Assembly (NCBI RefSeq): GCF_030013595.1 | Contig: NZ_CP122768.1 | Reading direction: 5' to 3' (one strand) | DNA length: 64,000 nucleotides | From: Escherichia coli | GTDB taxonomy: Bacteria; Pseudomonadota; Gammaproteobacteria; Enterobacterales; Enterobacteriaceae | Shown here: positions 36,941 to 45,079 of the stretch, piece after piece | Numbering within the stretch: the stretch's first letter is position 1 | Layout of the letters: each line of letters begins with the position of its first letter | Notes under the pieces: generated by a model | What the model was told of the DNA's origin: nothing | Seen by the model: the letters and a program-made list of their open reading frames with translations, nothing else | The model's database searches: none | Program-made: the position numbers and the translations under genes

Positions 36941-37590
36941 GCCGCCATCTCCCTGACCAGTTTTTCCGCCTGCTGGCGAACCTGCGCCAGAAAGGCCTCA
37001 CCACATGCCTCAAGTTCATCGCGCCCGATGTAGCTGATTGCCGGTCCCTTCCAGGTCTTGTCGAAAACAGCAATAGCACCAGCGAAGAAAGCGCCTGTCG
37101 GCACCTGCTTCTCGTCCTTCGGGATAAACCAGGCTGGCAGTTCAAAACCAATACGCCCGCGAATAAAAGCAATATGGTCTGCATCTTCCGGCCACCACAC
37201 TTCGCTGGTGGCAGCTTTGATCAGGAAAACATAGCGCCCGCCTTTATCACGCATGGCACTGGCATGCTTCATGATGTAACGCATGCCGGTGATGTATTGC
37301 CCCTCATGCTGACTGGCGCGGCTGTACGGGGGATTACCAAAGGCAGCACCTTTAAGCTCCGCAAGACGTTCTGACCAGTCATGCGCCAGCGCGTTGTCTT
37401 CCGCAGTGTAATACGCGGCGCATTTGGCGTTATCACCATCAGTAAACAGATCCAGAACAAACGGGCCAAACAGGGTGTTAATTCCCCAGAAAATGTTGTC
37501 CGGCGTGCGCCACTGATCGCCCACTTCCTTCAGTTCATGGGCTGGTTTGTTCCGCAGCTCCACCAGCGCCTGGCAATATTTATTACTCAT
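36937..37590 (-). CDS. Phage N6-adenine DNA methyltransferase (Dam-like)
   Basis: 217 aa from MSNKYCQ; phage Dam-family features (NPPY motif); no adjacent restriction gene. Confidence 0.7.
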   Translation of the reverse strand: MSNKYCQALVELRNKPAHELKEVGDQWRTPDNIFWGINTLFGPFVLDLFTDGDNAKCAAYYTAEDNALAHDWSERLAELKGAAFGNPPYSRASQHEGQYITGMRYIMKHASAMRDKGGRYVFLIKAATSEVWWPEDADHIAFIRGRIGFELPAWFIPKDEKQVPTGAFFAGAIAVFDKTWKGPAISYIGRDELEACGEAFLAQVRQQAEKLVREMAA

Positions 37591-38078
37591 TAAGCCCCCA
37601 CGTAATTCCCTGACAGATACCACTCTTCACCCGATGCAGCGCGCTTGCTGCTTTTCCGTAAACACCGCTCACGACGCGCAAGAAAATTGTTTCGCTCTTG
37701 CTGGGAGTGGCTTTCACGGAATGCCGCCATCCACACCGTTGCAGCACGACGGTATAAGCCCCTGGACTCCAGTTCTTCCGCCTGGCGGGTCAGGCACAAA
37801 ATAACCCGGGGATCGTTAGTGCCGACATAGAAATTGCGCACAGGTCTGGATTCACGAACTGGTTGCGGTTCCGGCTCCTGCGGTATCTCAGTCAGCCGCG
37901 GGAAATGTCTGCGTGTATCCCCTTCACAACGGTGAGCCACACGCCCACTCTGACGTAACTTGCTTGCTGACTGCAGAACGCGCTGTCGTGAGTAACCTGC
38001 AAAAGCATCCGCAATGTCTCCGGAAGTACACCCCGGATGGGCTTCAATGAATTTCTGAACGTCATTCAAAAGACTCAT
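37590..38078 (-). CDS. Hypothetical nin-region protein
   Basis: 162 aa from ATG at 38078; directly follows the replication initiator; no Walker motif. Confidence 0.5.
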   Translation of the reverse strand: MSLLNDVQKFIEAHPGCTSGDIADAFAGYSRQRVLQSASKLRQSGRVAHRCEGDTRRHFPRLTEIPQEPEPQPVRESRPVRNFYVGTNDPRVILCLTRQAEELESRGLYRRAATVWMAAFRESHSQQERNNFLARRERCLRKSSKRAASGEEWYLSGNYVGA

Positions 38079-38080
38079 GA

Positions 38081-39022
38081 TCACCCCCTGAATCCTGCCG
38101 GGATCTGGCTGTAGTCCACGTTGTCGTAACTGGCTTTGAAGTACGGGTCTTCGCGTTTTTCGGTGTACGTGCTGACGGACGGCGATAAGCGCAGGGAAAG
38201 CTCATCCCATTTTTCCCGCAGCTTCGACGGGCTGAGCACGTTACGGCACCAGAACGGATCGCGACTGACGCGGCTGTACATCTCGCAGATTTGTTTATGA
38301 GTACGACCATCCTGCACACACATCAGGCGAATTTCGTTTGCCCAGGCTGTCCAGTTCGGTTCTTTGGGACGAACCACCTCGCCGTCACATTCGGCGGCAT
38401 GCTCGTACAGGGCGATGATTTTTTTCCAGAGCCACTGTGCGCAGGTCAAATCATCCTGCGTCCCCCACTGGCGCTTTTTAGGGCTGAATACAACCGCATC
38501 AGGATGGCGAGTTAAAAAATCCTGTTCAGCCGTCTGCGTGTCCGGTTGCGAAGAGTCCGGACGAGAAGGTTTTTTATCTGACGGATCATGTTTTGATTTT
38601 ACTGACGGATCCCCGCCAGATTCTGACGGGTGAAAACCCGCTTTTTTGCCAGATTTCGACGCATCAAATTTTGACGGGTCAGATTTTGATGCGTCAGATT
38701 TTGACGGGTCAGAATCTGACAGTTGAGAAAATGCCGCTGCCTGAAGCTTCGCAACGTTAAGCTGATAAACATTCGACGCATTGCGGTTACCCTGGCGACG
38801 CGCCTTACGCGTTAACCAGCCTTCTGCTTCCAGCCGTGCGATAGCCGTTCTGACGGTACTCATCCCCGCGCCAATCTGGCGGGCAATGGTTTCAATCGAT
38901 GGCCAGCACACACCTTCGTCATTACTGAAATCAGCCAGGCGGGCCATAATTGCCACGCTGGATAATTTCATGCCTGACGCTGCGCAACCATCCCATACAT
39001 AGCCGGTTAATTTAGTGCTCAT
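38081..39022 (-). CDS. Replication initiator protein (O-like)
   Basis: 313 aa; N-terminal HTH; repeat-encoded linker (DPSKSDASKSDPSKFDASKS) spanning the iterons. Confidence 0.75.
   Translation of the reverse strand: MSTKLTGYVWDGCAASGMKLSSVAIMARLADFSNDEGVCWPSIETIARQIGAGMSTVRTAIARLEAEGWLTRKARRQGNRNASNVYQLNVAKLQAAAFSQLSDSDPSKSDASKSDPSKFDASKSGKKAGFHPSESGGDPSVKSKHDPSDKKPSRPDSSQPDTQTAEQDFLTRHPDAVVFSPKKRQWGTQDDLTCAQWLWKKIIALYEHAAECDGEVVRPKEPNWTAWANEIRLMCVQDGRTHKQICEMYSRVSRDPFWCRNVLSPSKLREKWDELSLRLSPSVSTYTEKREDPYFKASYDNVDYSQIPAGFRG
38575..38725. repeat. Replication origin iterons inside the initiator gene
   Basis: Tandem and inverted copies of ATTTTGACGGGTCAGA / ATTTTGATGCGTCAGA. Confidence 0.7.
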
Positions 39023-39031
39023 GACCGACCT

Positions 39032-39370
39032 CTATTTCCCTGAATTTACGACGAAACTGTTCGAGCGGACTGAAGCACTCATGCTCATAGCCTTCGCGGA
39101 GGTAGATAACCCGTTGTGTTTCCGGTTCCCAACGAATGACTCTGACGGGCACTCCGTAGTGATCTTTGAACCAGCGGTTAACTTGTCGCAAAGGACTGTC
39201 TCCTTCTGCCGGTTGAAATCCCCCACAGCCCACTCTGCAAAGCTGTGGGTTACAATTTCCCTGTCACCTGGTACATTCACTGCATAGCAATATTCCACCT
39301 TCGCTTTTCCACCCGGTACAGGAAGCGCAATCAGTTGCGAGCGACGGTAGTGTGTTGTTAAACTGTTCAT
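39032..39370 (-). CDS. YmfM-like protein
   Basis: 112-aa ORF between the YmfL-like gene and the replication gene; the C-terminal half is low-complexity and overlaps an alternative ORF. Confidence 0.45.
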   Translation of the reverse strand: MNSLTTHYRRSQLIALPVPGGKAKVEYCYAVNVPGDREIVTHSFAEWAVGDFNRQKETVLCDKLTAGSKITTECPSESFVGNRKHNGLSTSAKAMSMSASVRSNSFVVNSGK

Positions 39371-39936
39371 GCGTTAGTTTCTCCACAACCAGAAGCAATC
39401 GACGCCACGACGCCCGGAGCTGCACACTCGCGGGCGTCATTACTTTCTGAAATGCAAAAGATTTTGTAGACCAGTGCTGCATGCTCCTGCAGCTTCGAAA
39501 TTGAGAGATACAGCTCGTCGTTAATTGCTGTCTTCTCATGCGGTTCCACTACACCGTCTTCGATTGCTGAACGAATCTGTTTTGAATAACTGCCGATCTG
39601 TTCAATGACTTCCAGCAGACGCTGGTTAATATCGGCGTTGTCCACATCCTCGACGTCAGGAAGCGACACAAAGACGCCATTTGCAGACTGCGCCACAGCA
39701 TCAGCAATGAAGTGAGTGCCACCAGCACGCTGTAAAACCATTGCCCATCCCAGCGGGAAAATCTGATCGCCATCTGCACGAAGGCGGTTGAATAAAGCGT
39801 TTTCTGTTACATCGAGCCAGTCAGCCGCTTCAGCGTAACCACCCGGCAACGCCGCGATAGTTTTTCTGACAGCTTTCACGTACCACTCAGGCTGTTTTTC
39901 TATTTTCCAGTGATGCTTACCCACGATTAGCCTCAT
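39367..39936 (-). CDS. YmfL-like early regulatory protein (cII position)
   Basis: 189-aa ORF immediately downstream of cro. Confidence 0.55.
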   Translation of the reverse strand: MRLIVGKHHWKIEKQPEWYVKAVRKTIAALPGGYAEAADWLDVTENALFNRLRADGDQIFPLGWAMVLQRAGGTHFIADAVAQSANGVFVSLPDVEDVDNADINQRLLEVIEQIGSYSKQIRSAIEDGVVEPHEKTAINDELYLSISKLQEHAALVYKIFCISESNDARECAAPGVVASIASGCGETNA

Positions 39937-39967
39937 CGTTCTGTGGTTAAAAATTGAAAGTGTTCTG

Positions 39968-40168
39968 CTAATCTTTCGGATAGATATCCGGTCTTAAGTC
40001 AGATTTCGTAATTGCACCTGACGTGCATTGCTCAAGTTTTTTAGCCAGCACAAAACTGGCTTTTTTATAGCCATTGAAAACCAGCCGTAAGTAGCCAGGA
40101 GTTGAGCCAACTTTTCCGGCCAACTCGCCCTGCTGTTCTTTGGTTAAAGAGTCCCAATACGCTTTCAT
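39968..40168 (-). CDS. cro: Cro-like repressor
   Basis: 66 aa from ATG at 40168, divergent from cI across the operator region. Confidence 0.7.
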   Translation of the reverse strand: MKAYWDSLTKEQQGELAGKVGSTPGYLRLVFNGYKKASFVLAKKLEQCTSGAITKSDLRPDIYPKD

Positions 40169-40171
40169 ACA

Positions 40172-40243
40172 ATATGTACCTCCGGTGTACATATTACATG
40201 ATTGAAATGAACCTTCAAGACACTTGTACCTTAACGGTACAAG
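40172..40243. promoter_or_regulatory. OR operator region (pR / pRM) with two palindromic operators
   Basis: atatgtac-N7-gtacatat at 40172-40194 and cttgtacc-ttaac-ggtacaag at 40223-40243, between the divergent cro and cI starts. Confidence 0.7.
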
Positions 40244-40258
40244 GGTTTTAATTTCGTT

Positions 40259-40933
40259 ATGAAAACAATCCATGACATCCGGCGGTCTAACGCCCGAAAA
40301 CTGAGAGATGGTGTTGGAGGGAATTCTTCCTTTGCCACTATGATTGATCGCGAGCCAACCCAGACCAGCAGGTTTATGGGAGATGGTGCTACTAAAAATA
40401 TCGGTGACAGCATGGCACGACACATCGAAAAATGTTTCGACCTGCCTGTCGGATGGCTCGATCAAGAACACCAGACAACGAACATCACAAAAAAACCTGA
40501 TGTTTCAATCACTAATAAACAAATCACATTAGTCCCTGTCATATCATGGGTACAGGCCGGAGCATGGAAAGAAGTTGGATATTCTGAGGTTGATTTGAGC
40601 ACAGCAGAAACGTATCCCTGCCCTGTACCCTGTGGGGAAATGACTTATATCTTGCGGGTGATAGGTGATTCAATGATTGATGAGTACCGCCCGGGAGACA
40701 TGATTTTTGTCGATCCTGAAGTACCTGCCTGCCACGGTGACGACGTTATTGCATTGATGCACGATACAGGTGAAACCACCTTCAAAAGGTTGATAGAAGA
40801 TGGGACACAGCGTTATCTCAAAGCGTTAAACCCAAACTGGCCTGAGCCTTACATTAAGATCAACGGTAATTGCTCTATAATTGGAACTGTGATTTTCTCA
40901 GGAAAACCAAGAAGATACAAAATCAAAGCCTAA
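40259..40933 (+). CDS. cI: CI-like repressor (LexA-like S24 peptidase family, e14 YmfK type)
   Basis: 224 aa; N-terminal HTH and C-terminal S24 autopeptidase domain (VIGDSM Ser motif). Confidence 0.85.
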   Translation: MKTIHDIRRSNARKLRDGVGGNSSFATMIDREPTQTSRFMGDGATKNIGDSMARHIEKCFDLPVGWLDQEHQTTNITKKPDVSITNKQITLVPVISWVQAGAWKEVGYSEVDLSTAETYPCPVPCGEMTYILRVIGDSMIDEYRPGDMIFVDPEVPACHGDDVIALMHDTGETTFKRLIEDGTQRYLKALNPNWPEPYIKINGNCSIIGTVIFSGKPRRYKIKA

Positions 40934-40945
40934 TCAATGTTTATG

Positions 40946-40969
40946 AACCTGCTTCGGCAGGTTTTTTTA
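40946..40969 (+). terminator. Intrinsic terminator after cI
   Basis: Hairpin aacctgc-ttcg-gcaggtt followed by ttttttt. Confidence 0.75.
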
Positions 40970-40972
40970 TAC

Positions 40973-41000
40973 TTGACAATGTACCCACGAGATACATAAT
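40973..41000 (+). promoter_or_regulatory. Candidate pL-like sigma70 promoter with operator-like TGTACCC repeats
   Basis: TTGACA, 16-nt spacer, CATAAT; two direct copies of AATGTACCCA overlapping it. Confidence 0.45.
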
Positions 41001-41083
41001 GTACCCAAGAGAAACAACAAACAGGCAGGACGCCCACGAAGTAGCCGCCTGGGGCATATGAAGTCCAGGATGATTCGTTAGCA

Positions 41084-41108
41084 ACAAAAAAGCGCCCTAC
41101 AGGACGCT
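41084..41108 (-). terminator. Intrinsic terminator downstream of the immunity-region gene
   Basis: Hairpin agcgccct-ac-aggacgct with a U-run on the minus strand. Confidence 0.5.
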
Positions 41109-41147
41109 TAGCTCTTTAACAATCTGGATATCCACAACAGTAGTAAT

Positions 41148-41639
41148 CTACAGATTGCCGTTAAGTTTTCTGGACAACTCCTCAATGGATGGAGGCGATA
41201 CGTAATCCGGATTTTTATTCATCAGAAACTTATTTTCACAGTGGAGGCACCTGCTTTTATGAAAAAGCTCATCTTCGCTAACCGGGAATGGTTGAAGTAT
41301 CGATACTATCTTTTGTCCAAAACATTTTGGGCAAAGATGCATGGTTATGCTGCCACCGTTCACGATTACCTCCTTCGAGTATACAAAAGTACCCGACTCA
41401 AGTTGGTTAAGGATATAGCCTTCCGTCTGAGCCTCAAAGTTTTCGAATTCTGCAATTTTAGCTTTGAGAGAAGCATTTATTTCTTGATAAGAGCCCACCA
41501 GTTCAACGAGAGACACGCATTCGCGCTGAATAGACGCAAGCTTTGAGTTCAGCTCACCAATAGCCGCATTTACTTCAGCTTGAGTTTTTGCCTCGTTCAT
41601 TAGTTTTGCAATCTGGGCTGTTTCACGAATAGCCGTCAT
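41148..41639 (-). CDS. Coiled-coil / zinc-ribbon protein of unknown function (rex-equivalent position)
   Basis: 163 aa from ATG at 41639; predicted N-terminal coiled coil; C-terminal CPKC..CLHC; opposite strand to cI and the early operon. Confidence 0.6.
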   Translation of the reverse strand: MTAIRETAQIAKLMNEAKTQAEVNAAIGELNSKLASIQRECVSLVELVGSYQEINASLKAKIAEFENFEAQTEGYILNQLESGTFVYSKEVIVNGGSITMHLCPKCFGQKIVSILQPFPVSEDELFHKSRCLHCENKFLMNKNPDYVSPPSIEELSRKLNGNL

Positions 41640-41677
41640 TGCTGCCGTTAATTCAGCGATCACATTGAATACTCTTA

Positions 41678-41723
41678 TTGTTGTTGGGGATATCCAGATT
41701 AACCGAATCCTTGTTGTTGGGGA
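41678..41723. repeat. Two 13-bp direct repeats TTGTTGTTGGGGA, 33 bp apart
   Basis: Exact copies at 41678-41690 and 41711-41723, 39-85 bp upstream of the start codon at 41639. Confidence 0.8.
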
Positions 41724-41950
41724 ATAACCAGGTCCACCTCGCCTGATGTGGCTAAAAGCAGGCACATAACAGCTAAGTATTTTCAACCAGAGAGAATCCT
41801 TAGCGTTGTGGTGAATGCGGCTCAGCGCACGCGGGTTAAGGTTGAGGCTGACAGTCGACCTTCTGTGGATACCCACCCGCCTGGTGTGCAACCTTCGCCA
41901 GGCACCGGGAGGCACCCGGCACCACAACTTTATGCTGTGTGTAGTCCTGG

Positions 41951-41996
41951 CGGTACCAGTTTGTACCCTTGCTTCCGGCTGGTACCGTCCTTTTTT
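41951..41996 (+). terminator. Intrinsic terminator in the early leader (tL-like)
   Basis: 9-bp stem cggtaccag / ctggtaccg with 19-nt loop, followed by tttttt; the stem contains operator-like GGTACC/TGTACC motifs. Confidence 0.55.
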
Positions 41997-42085
41997 GCAA
42001 AACAGAGAAGAGCATCACCGGACGACGGGCTCATAACCCAATCCATCCGGGCGGCTGCCACCGCAGGTGTTCTTCTCTGTTTTGT
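41997..42085 (+). ncRNA. Long stem-loop element in the early-operon 5' leader
   Basis: 13-bp perfect inverted repeat aaaacagagaaga / tcttctctgtttt (41999-42011, 42071-42083), extendable with G-U pairs, enclosing a 59-nt GC-rich interior; 49 nt upstream of the yfdP-like start. Confidence 0.4.
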
Positions 42086-42133
42086 GGAGAAACCAACCGA
42101 CCTTGCAGGGTCGATATGATGAGGAGCAGCAAA

Positions 42134-42496
42134 ATGGCTAGCGAACGCAGTACTGATGTGCAGGCATTTATCGGGGAGCTGGACGGCGGCGTATTTGAAA
42201 CCAAAATCGGCGCAGTTCTCAGTGAGGTCGCTTCCGGTGTGATGAACACGAAAACCAAAGGGAAGGTCTCACTCAATCTGGAAATCGAACCGTTTGATGA
42301 GAACCGTGTGAAAATCAAACACAAACTCTCATATGTTCGCCCAACTAACCGCGGGAAAATTTCCGAAGAAGACACCACCGAAACGCCGATGTATGTCAAT
42401 CGCGGTGGTCGCCTGACTATTCTGCAGGAAGACCAGGGACAATTACTGACTCTTGCCGGTGAACCTGACGGAAAACTCCGCGCAGCAGGTCGTTAA
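42134..42496 (+). CDS. YfdP-like early protein
   Basis: 120 aa from ATG at 42134 with AGGAG RBS; CPS-53 yfdP-like. Confidence 0.75.
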   Translation: MASERSTDVQAFIGELDGGVFETKIGAVLSEVASGVMNTKTKGKVSLNLEIEPFDENRVKIKHKLSYVRPTNRGKISEEDTTETPMYVNRGGRLTILQEDQGQLLTLAGEPDGKLRAAGR

Positions 42497-42561
42497 TATC
42501 GTTCGTAATAAACTGATTATTTATCTCATCACTGAATATCTTTATATAGTGAGGACTTATT

Positions 42562-43386
42562 ATGTCTCAGAACTTAGACGCAACCGCAATTAATCAAATC
42601 CATGCCCTTATTTCTGCTCAGAGTGTTAATGAAATTATCAGTAAGATTGGTGCCGATGCTGTGGCATTGCCTGAGAATTTCCGCATTCATGATCTGGAAA
42701 AATTTAATTTAAATCGCTTCCGTTTCCGTGGTGCACTTTCCACTGCCAGCATCGATGATTTTACCCGTTATTCTAAAGATCTTGCAGATGAAGGCACCCG
42801 CTGCTTTATCGATGCCGATAATATGCGTGCCGTCAGTGTGCTTAACCTGGGTACTATTGATGAGCCAGGTCACGCAGATAACACTGCCACTCTCAAACTG
42901 AAAAAGACAGCACCGTTCTCTGCTCTGTTGTCTGTTAACGGCGAGCGTAACTCCCAGAAGTCACTGGCAGAATGGATCGAAGACTGGGCCGACTACCTTG
43001 TGGGCTTTGATGCTAATGGTGACGCCATTCAAGCAACAAAAGCGGCTGCGGCAGTCCGTAAAATCACGATTGAAGCAAACCATACCGCTGATTTTGAAGA
43101 TAATGACTTCAGCGGCAAACGCTCCCTGATGGAGTCTGTCGAAGCGAAGACCAAAGACATTATGCCAGTGGCATTTGAATTTAAATGCGTTCCGTTTGAA
43201 GGTCTGAAAGAACGTCCGTTTAAATTACGCCTCAGCATTATCACTGGCGATCGTCCTGTACTGGTTCTGCGCATTATTCAGCTGGAAGCGGTGCAGGAAG
43301 AAATGGCTAACGAATTTCGTGATCTGCTTGTTGAGAAATTCAAAGACAGCAAAGTAGAAACCTTTATTGGTACTTTCACCGCCTGA
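42562..43386 (+). CDS. YfdQ-like protein (DUF2303)
   Basis: 274-aa ORF, CPS-53 yfdQ-like. Confidence 0.8.
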   Translation: MSQNLDATAINQIHALISAQSVNEIISKIGADAVALPENFRIHDLEKFNLNRFRFRGALSTASIDDFTRYSKDLADEGTRCFIDADNMRAVSVLNLGTIDEPGHADNTATLKLKKTAPFSALLSVNGERNSQKSLAEWIEDWADYLVGFDANGDAIQATKAAAAVRKITIEANHTADFEDNDFSGKRSLMESVEAKTKDIMPVAFEFKCVPFEGLKERPFKLRLSIITGDRPVLVLRIIQLEAVQEEMANEFRDLLVEKFKDSKVETFIGTFTA

Positions 43387-43513
43387 TTTCATTACTGCAA
43401 ATGCCCCTGCGGGGGCATTTATGGAAACGTAATTAACTCAATAATCACCGGATGGTGAGGGCTTCCTTTTACCAGAATTCAGCGCGGTGCAGTGCATATA
43501 CGTGGAGAACAAA

Positions 43514-44050
43514 ATGTCATTTATTAAAACTTTTTCCGGGAAGCATTTTTATTATGACAAGATAAATAAAGACGACATCGATATTAACGATATCGCGGTT
43601 TCCCTTTCAAATATCTGTCGCTTTGCCGGTCATCTTTCGCACTTCTACAGCGTCGCCCAACATGCGGTTCTTTGCAGCCAGCTGGTGCCGCAGGAATTTG
43701 CTTTTGAAGCGTTAATGCATGATGCAACAGAAGCGTATTGCCAGGACATTCCCGCACCACTGAAACGCCTTCTTCCTGACTATAAACGGATGGAAGAAAA
43801 AATAGACGCCGTAATCCGTGAGAAATACGGGTTACCCCCAGTTATGAGTACACCCGTGAAATATGCCGATCTCATCATGCTGGCAACCGAACGCCGCGAT
43901 CTCGGGCTTGATGATGGCTCTTTCTGGCCTGTACTGGAAGGCATCCCGGCAACAGAGATGTTCAACGTGATTCCACTGGCACCGGGTCATGCCTACGGGA
44001 TGTTTATGGAACGTTTTAACGATTTATCGGAGTTACGCAAATGCGCATGA
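43514..44050 (+). CDS. HD-domain phosphohydrolase (YfdR-like)
   Basis: 178 aa from MSFIKTF; HD motif (ALMHDATEAY). Confidence 0.8.
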   Translation: MSFIKTFSGKHFYYDKINKDDIDINDIAVSLSNICRFAGHLSHFYSVAQHAVLCSQLVPQEFAFEALMHDATEAYCQDIPAPLKRLLPDYKRMEEKIDAVIREKYGLPPVMSTPVKYADLIMLATERRDLGLDDGSFWPVLEGIPATEMFNVIPLAPGHAYGMFMERFNDLSELRKCA

Positions 44051-44403
44051 ATGTTTTCGAAATGGAAGGGTTTCTTCGCGGGAAATGTGTACCGCGAGAT
44101 CTGAAAGTGAACGAAACAAATGCTGAGTACCTGTTACGTAAATTCGACGCGCTTGAAGCTAAATGTGCGGCACTGGAAAACAAAATAATACCAGTGTCAG
44201 CTGAACTGCCACCAGCAAATGAAAGTGTTCTGTTATTTGATGCTAACGGAGAAGGCTGGCTGATTGGCTGGCGTTCTCTCTGGTACACCTGGGGACAAAA
44301 AGAAACCGGAGAATGGCAGTGGACATTTCAGGTCGGGGACCTTGAAAACGTCAATATCACTCACTGGGCAGTAATGCCAAAAGCACCGGAGGCTGGAGCA
44401 TAA
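44041..44403 (+). CDS. YfdS-like protein with C-terminal DUF551
   Basis: 120-aa ORF overlapping the yfdR-like stop. Confidence 0.7.
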   Translation: MRMNVFEMEGFLRGKCVPRDLKVNETNAEYLLRKFDALEAKCAALENKIIPVSAELPPANESVLLFDANGEGWLIGWRSLWYTWGQKETGEWQWTFQVGDLENVNITHWAVMPKAPEAGA

Positions 44404-44708
44404 TGACCACATTTACCAATAAAGAACTGATTAAAGAAATCAAAGAACGAATCAGCAGCCTAGAGGTTCGAGACGATATTGAGCGCCGTGCTTATGAAAT
44501 CGCACTCGTATCTCTGGAAGTAGAGCCAGATGAACGCGAAGCCTATGAATTATTCATGGAAAAGCGTTTCGGTGACTTAGTAGATCGTCGGAGAGTAAAA
44601 AACGGCGATAACGAATACATGGCATGGGATATGACTCTCGGTTGGATCGTCTGGCAGCAACGAGCTGGTATCCATTTTTCAACAATGACACAGCAAGAGG
44701 TGAAATAA
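44403..44708 (+). CDS. YfdT-like protein
   Basis: 101-aa ORF. Confidence 0.7.
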   Translation: MTTFTNKELIKEIKERISSLEVRDDIERRAYEIALVSLEVEPDEREAYELFMEKRFGDLVDRRRVKNGDNEYMAWDMTLGWIVWQQRAGIHFSTMTQQEVK

Positions 44709-45079
44709 TGGAGCCATACAGCCTCACACTCGATGAGGCCTGTCAGTTTCTTAAGATATCCAGACCAACCGCCACCAACTGGATACGAACAGGCCGCCTA
44801 CAGGCAACACGTAAAGATCCAACCAAGCCAAAATCTCCTTACCTCACAACACGGCAAGCTTGCATTGCGGCGCTTCAGTCTCCGCTGCATACTGTCCAGG
44901 TGAGCGCGGGTGATGGCATAACAGAGGAAAGAAAATGTCACTCTTCCGCAGAAATGAAATATGGTATGCCTCGTATTCGCTCCCGGGCGGGAAACGAATT
45001 AAGGAATCTCTTGGCACAAAGGACAAGCGGCAAGCTCAGGAGTTGCACGACAAGCGAAAAGCAGAACTCTGGCGAGTAG
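44708..45079 (+). CDS. xis: Putative excisionase (Xis)
   Basis: ATG at 44708 overlapping the upstream stop (TAATG); N-terminal HTH-like region ([31 protein letters not shown]); overlaps the int start out of frame; the 3' end is uncertain. Confidence 0.5.
   Translation: MEPYSLTLDEACQFLKISRPTATNWIRTGRLQATRKDPTKPKSPYLTTRQACIAALQSPLHTVQVSAGDGITEERKCHSSAEMKYGMPRIRSRAGNELRNLLAQRTSGKLRSCTTSEKQNSGE

Noticed and set aside
38575-38725. Short direct repeats that could be mistaken for a CRISPR array
   Set aside because: Repeats are ~16 bp, partly inverted, lie inside a coding sequence with no regular spacers and no cas genes; they fit origin iterons
41640-41927. Longer 259-aa version of the immunity-region gene
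   Set aside because: The extra N-terminus is Arg-rich low-complexity sequence that reads through the direct repeats and the GC-rich structured region; the ATG at 41639 gives a more plausible protein
41997-42085. Retron-like msr/msd element suggested by the long inverted repeat
   Set aside because: No reverse transcriptase gene anywhere nearby; a leader hairpin or regulatory RNA is more parsimonious
41748-42119. 123-aa + strand ORF across the structured leader
   Set aside because: Spans an intrinsic terminator and the inverted repeat; Pro/Arg/Ala-rich low-complexity sequence; no RBS
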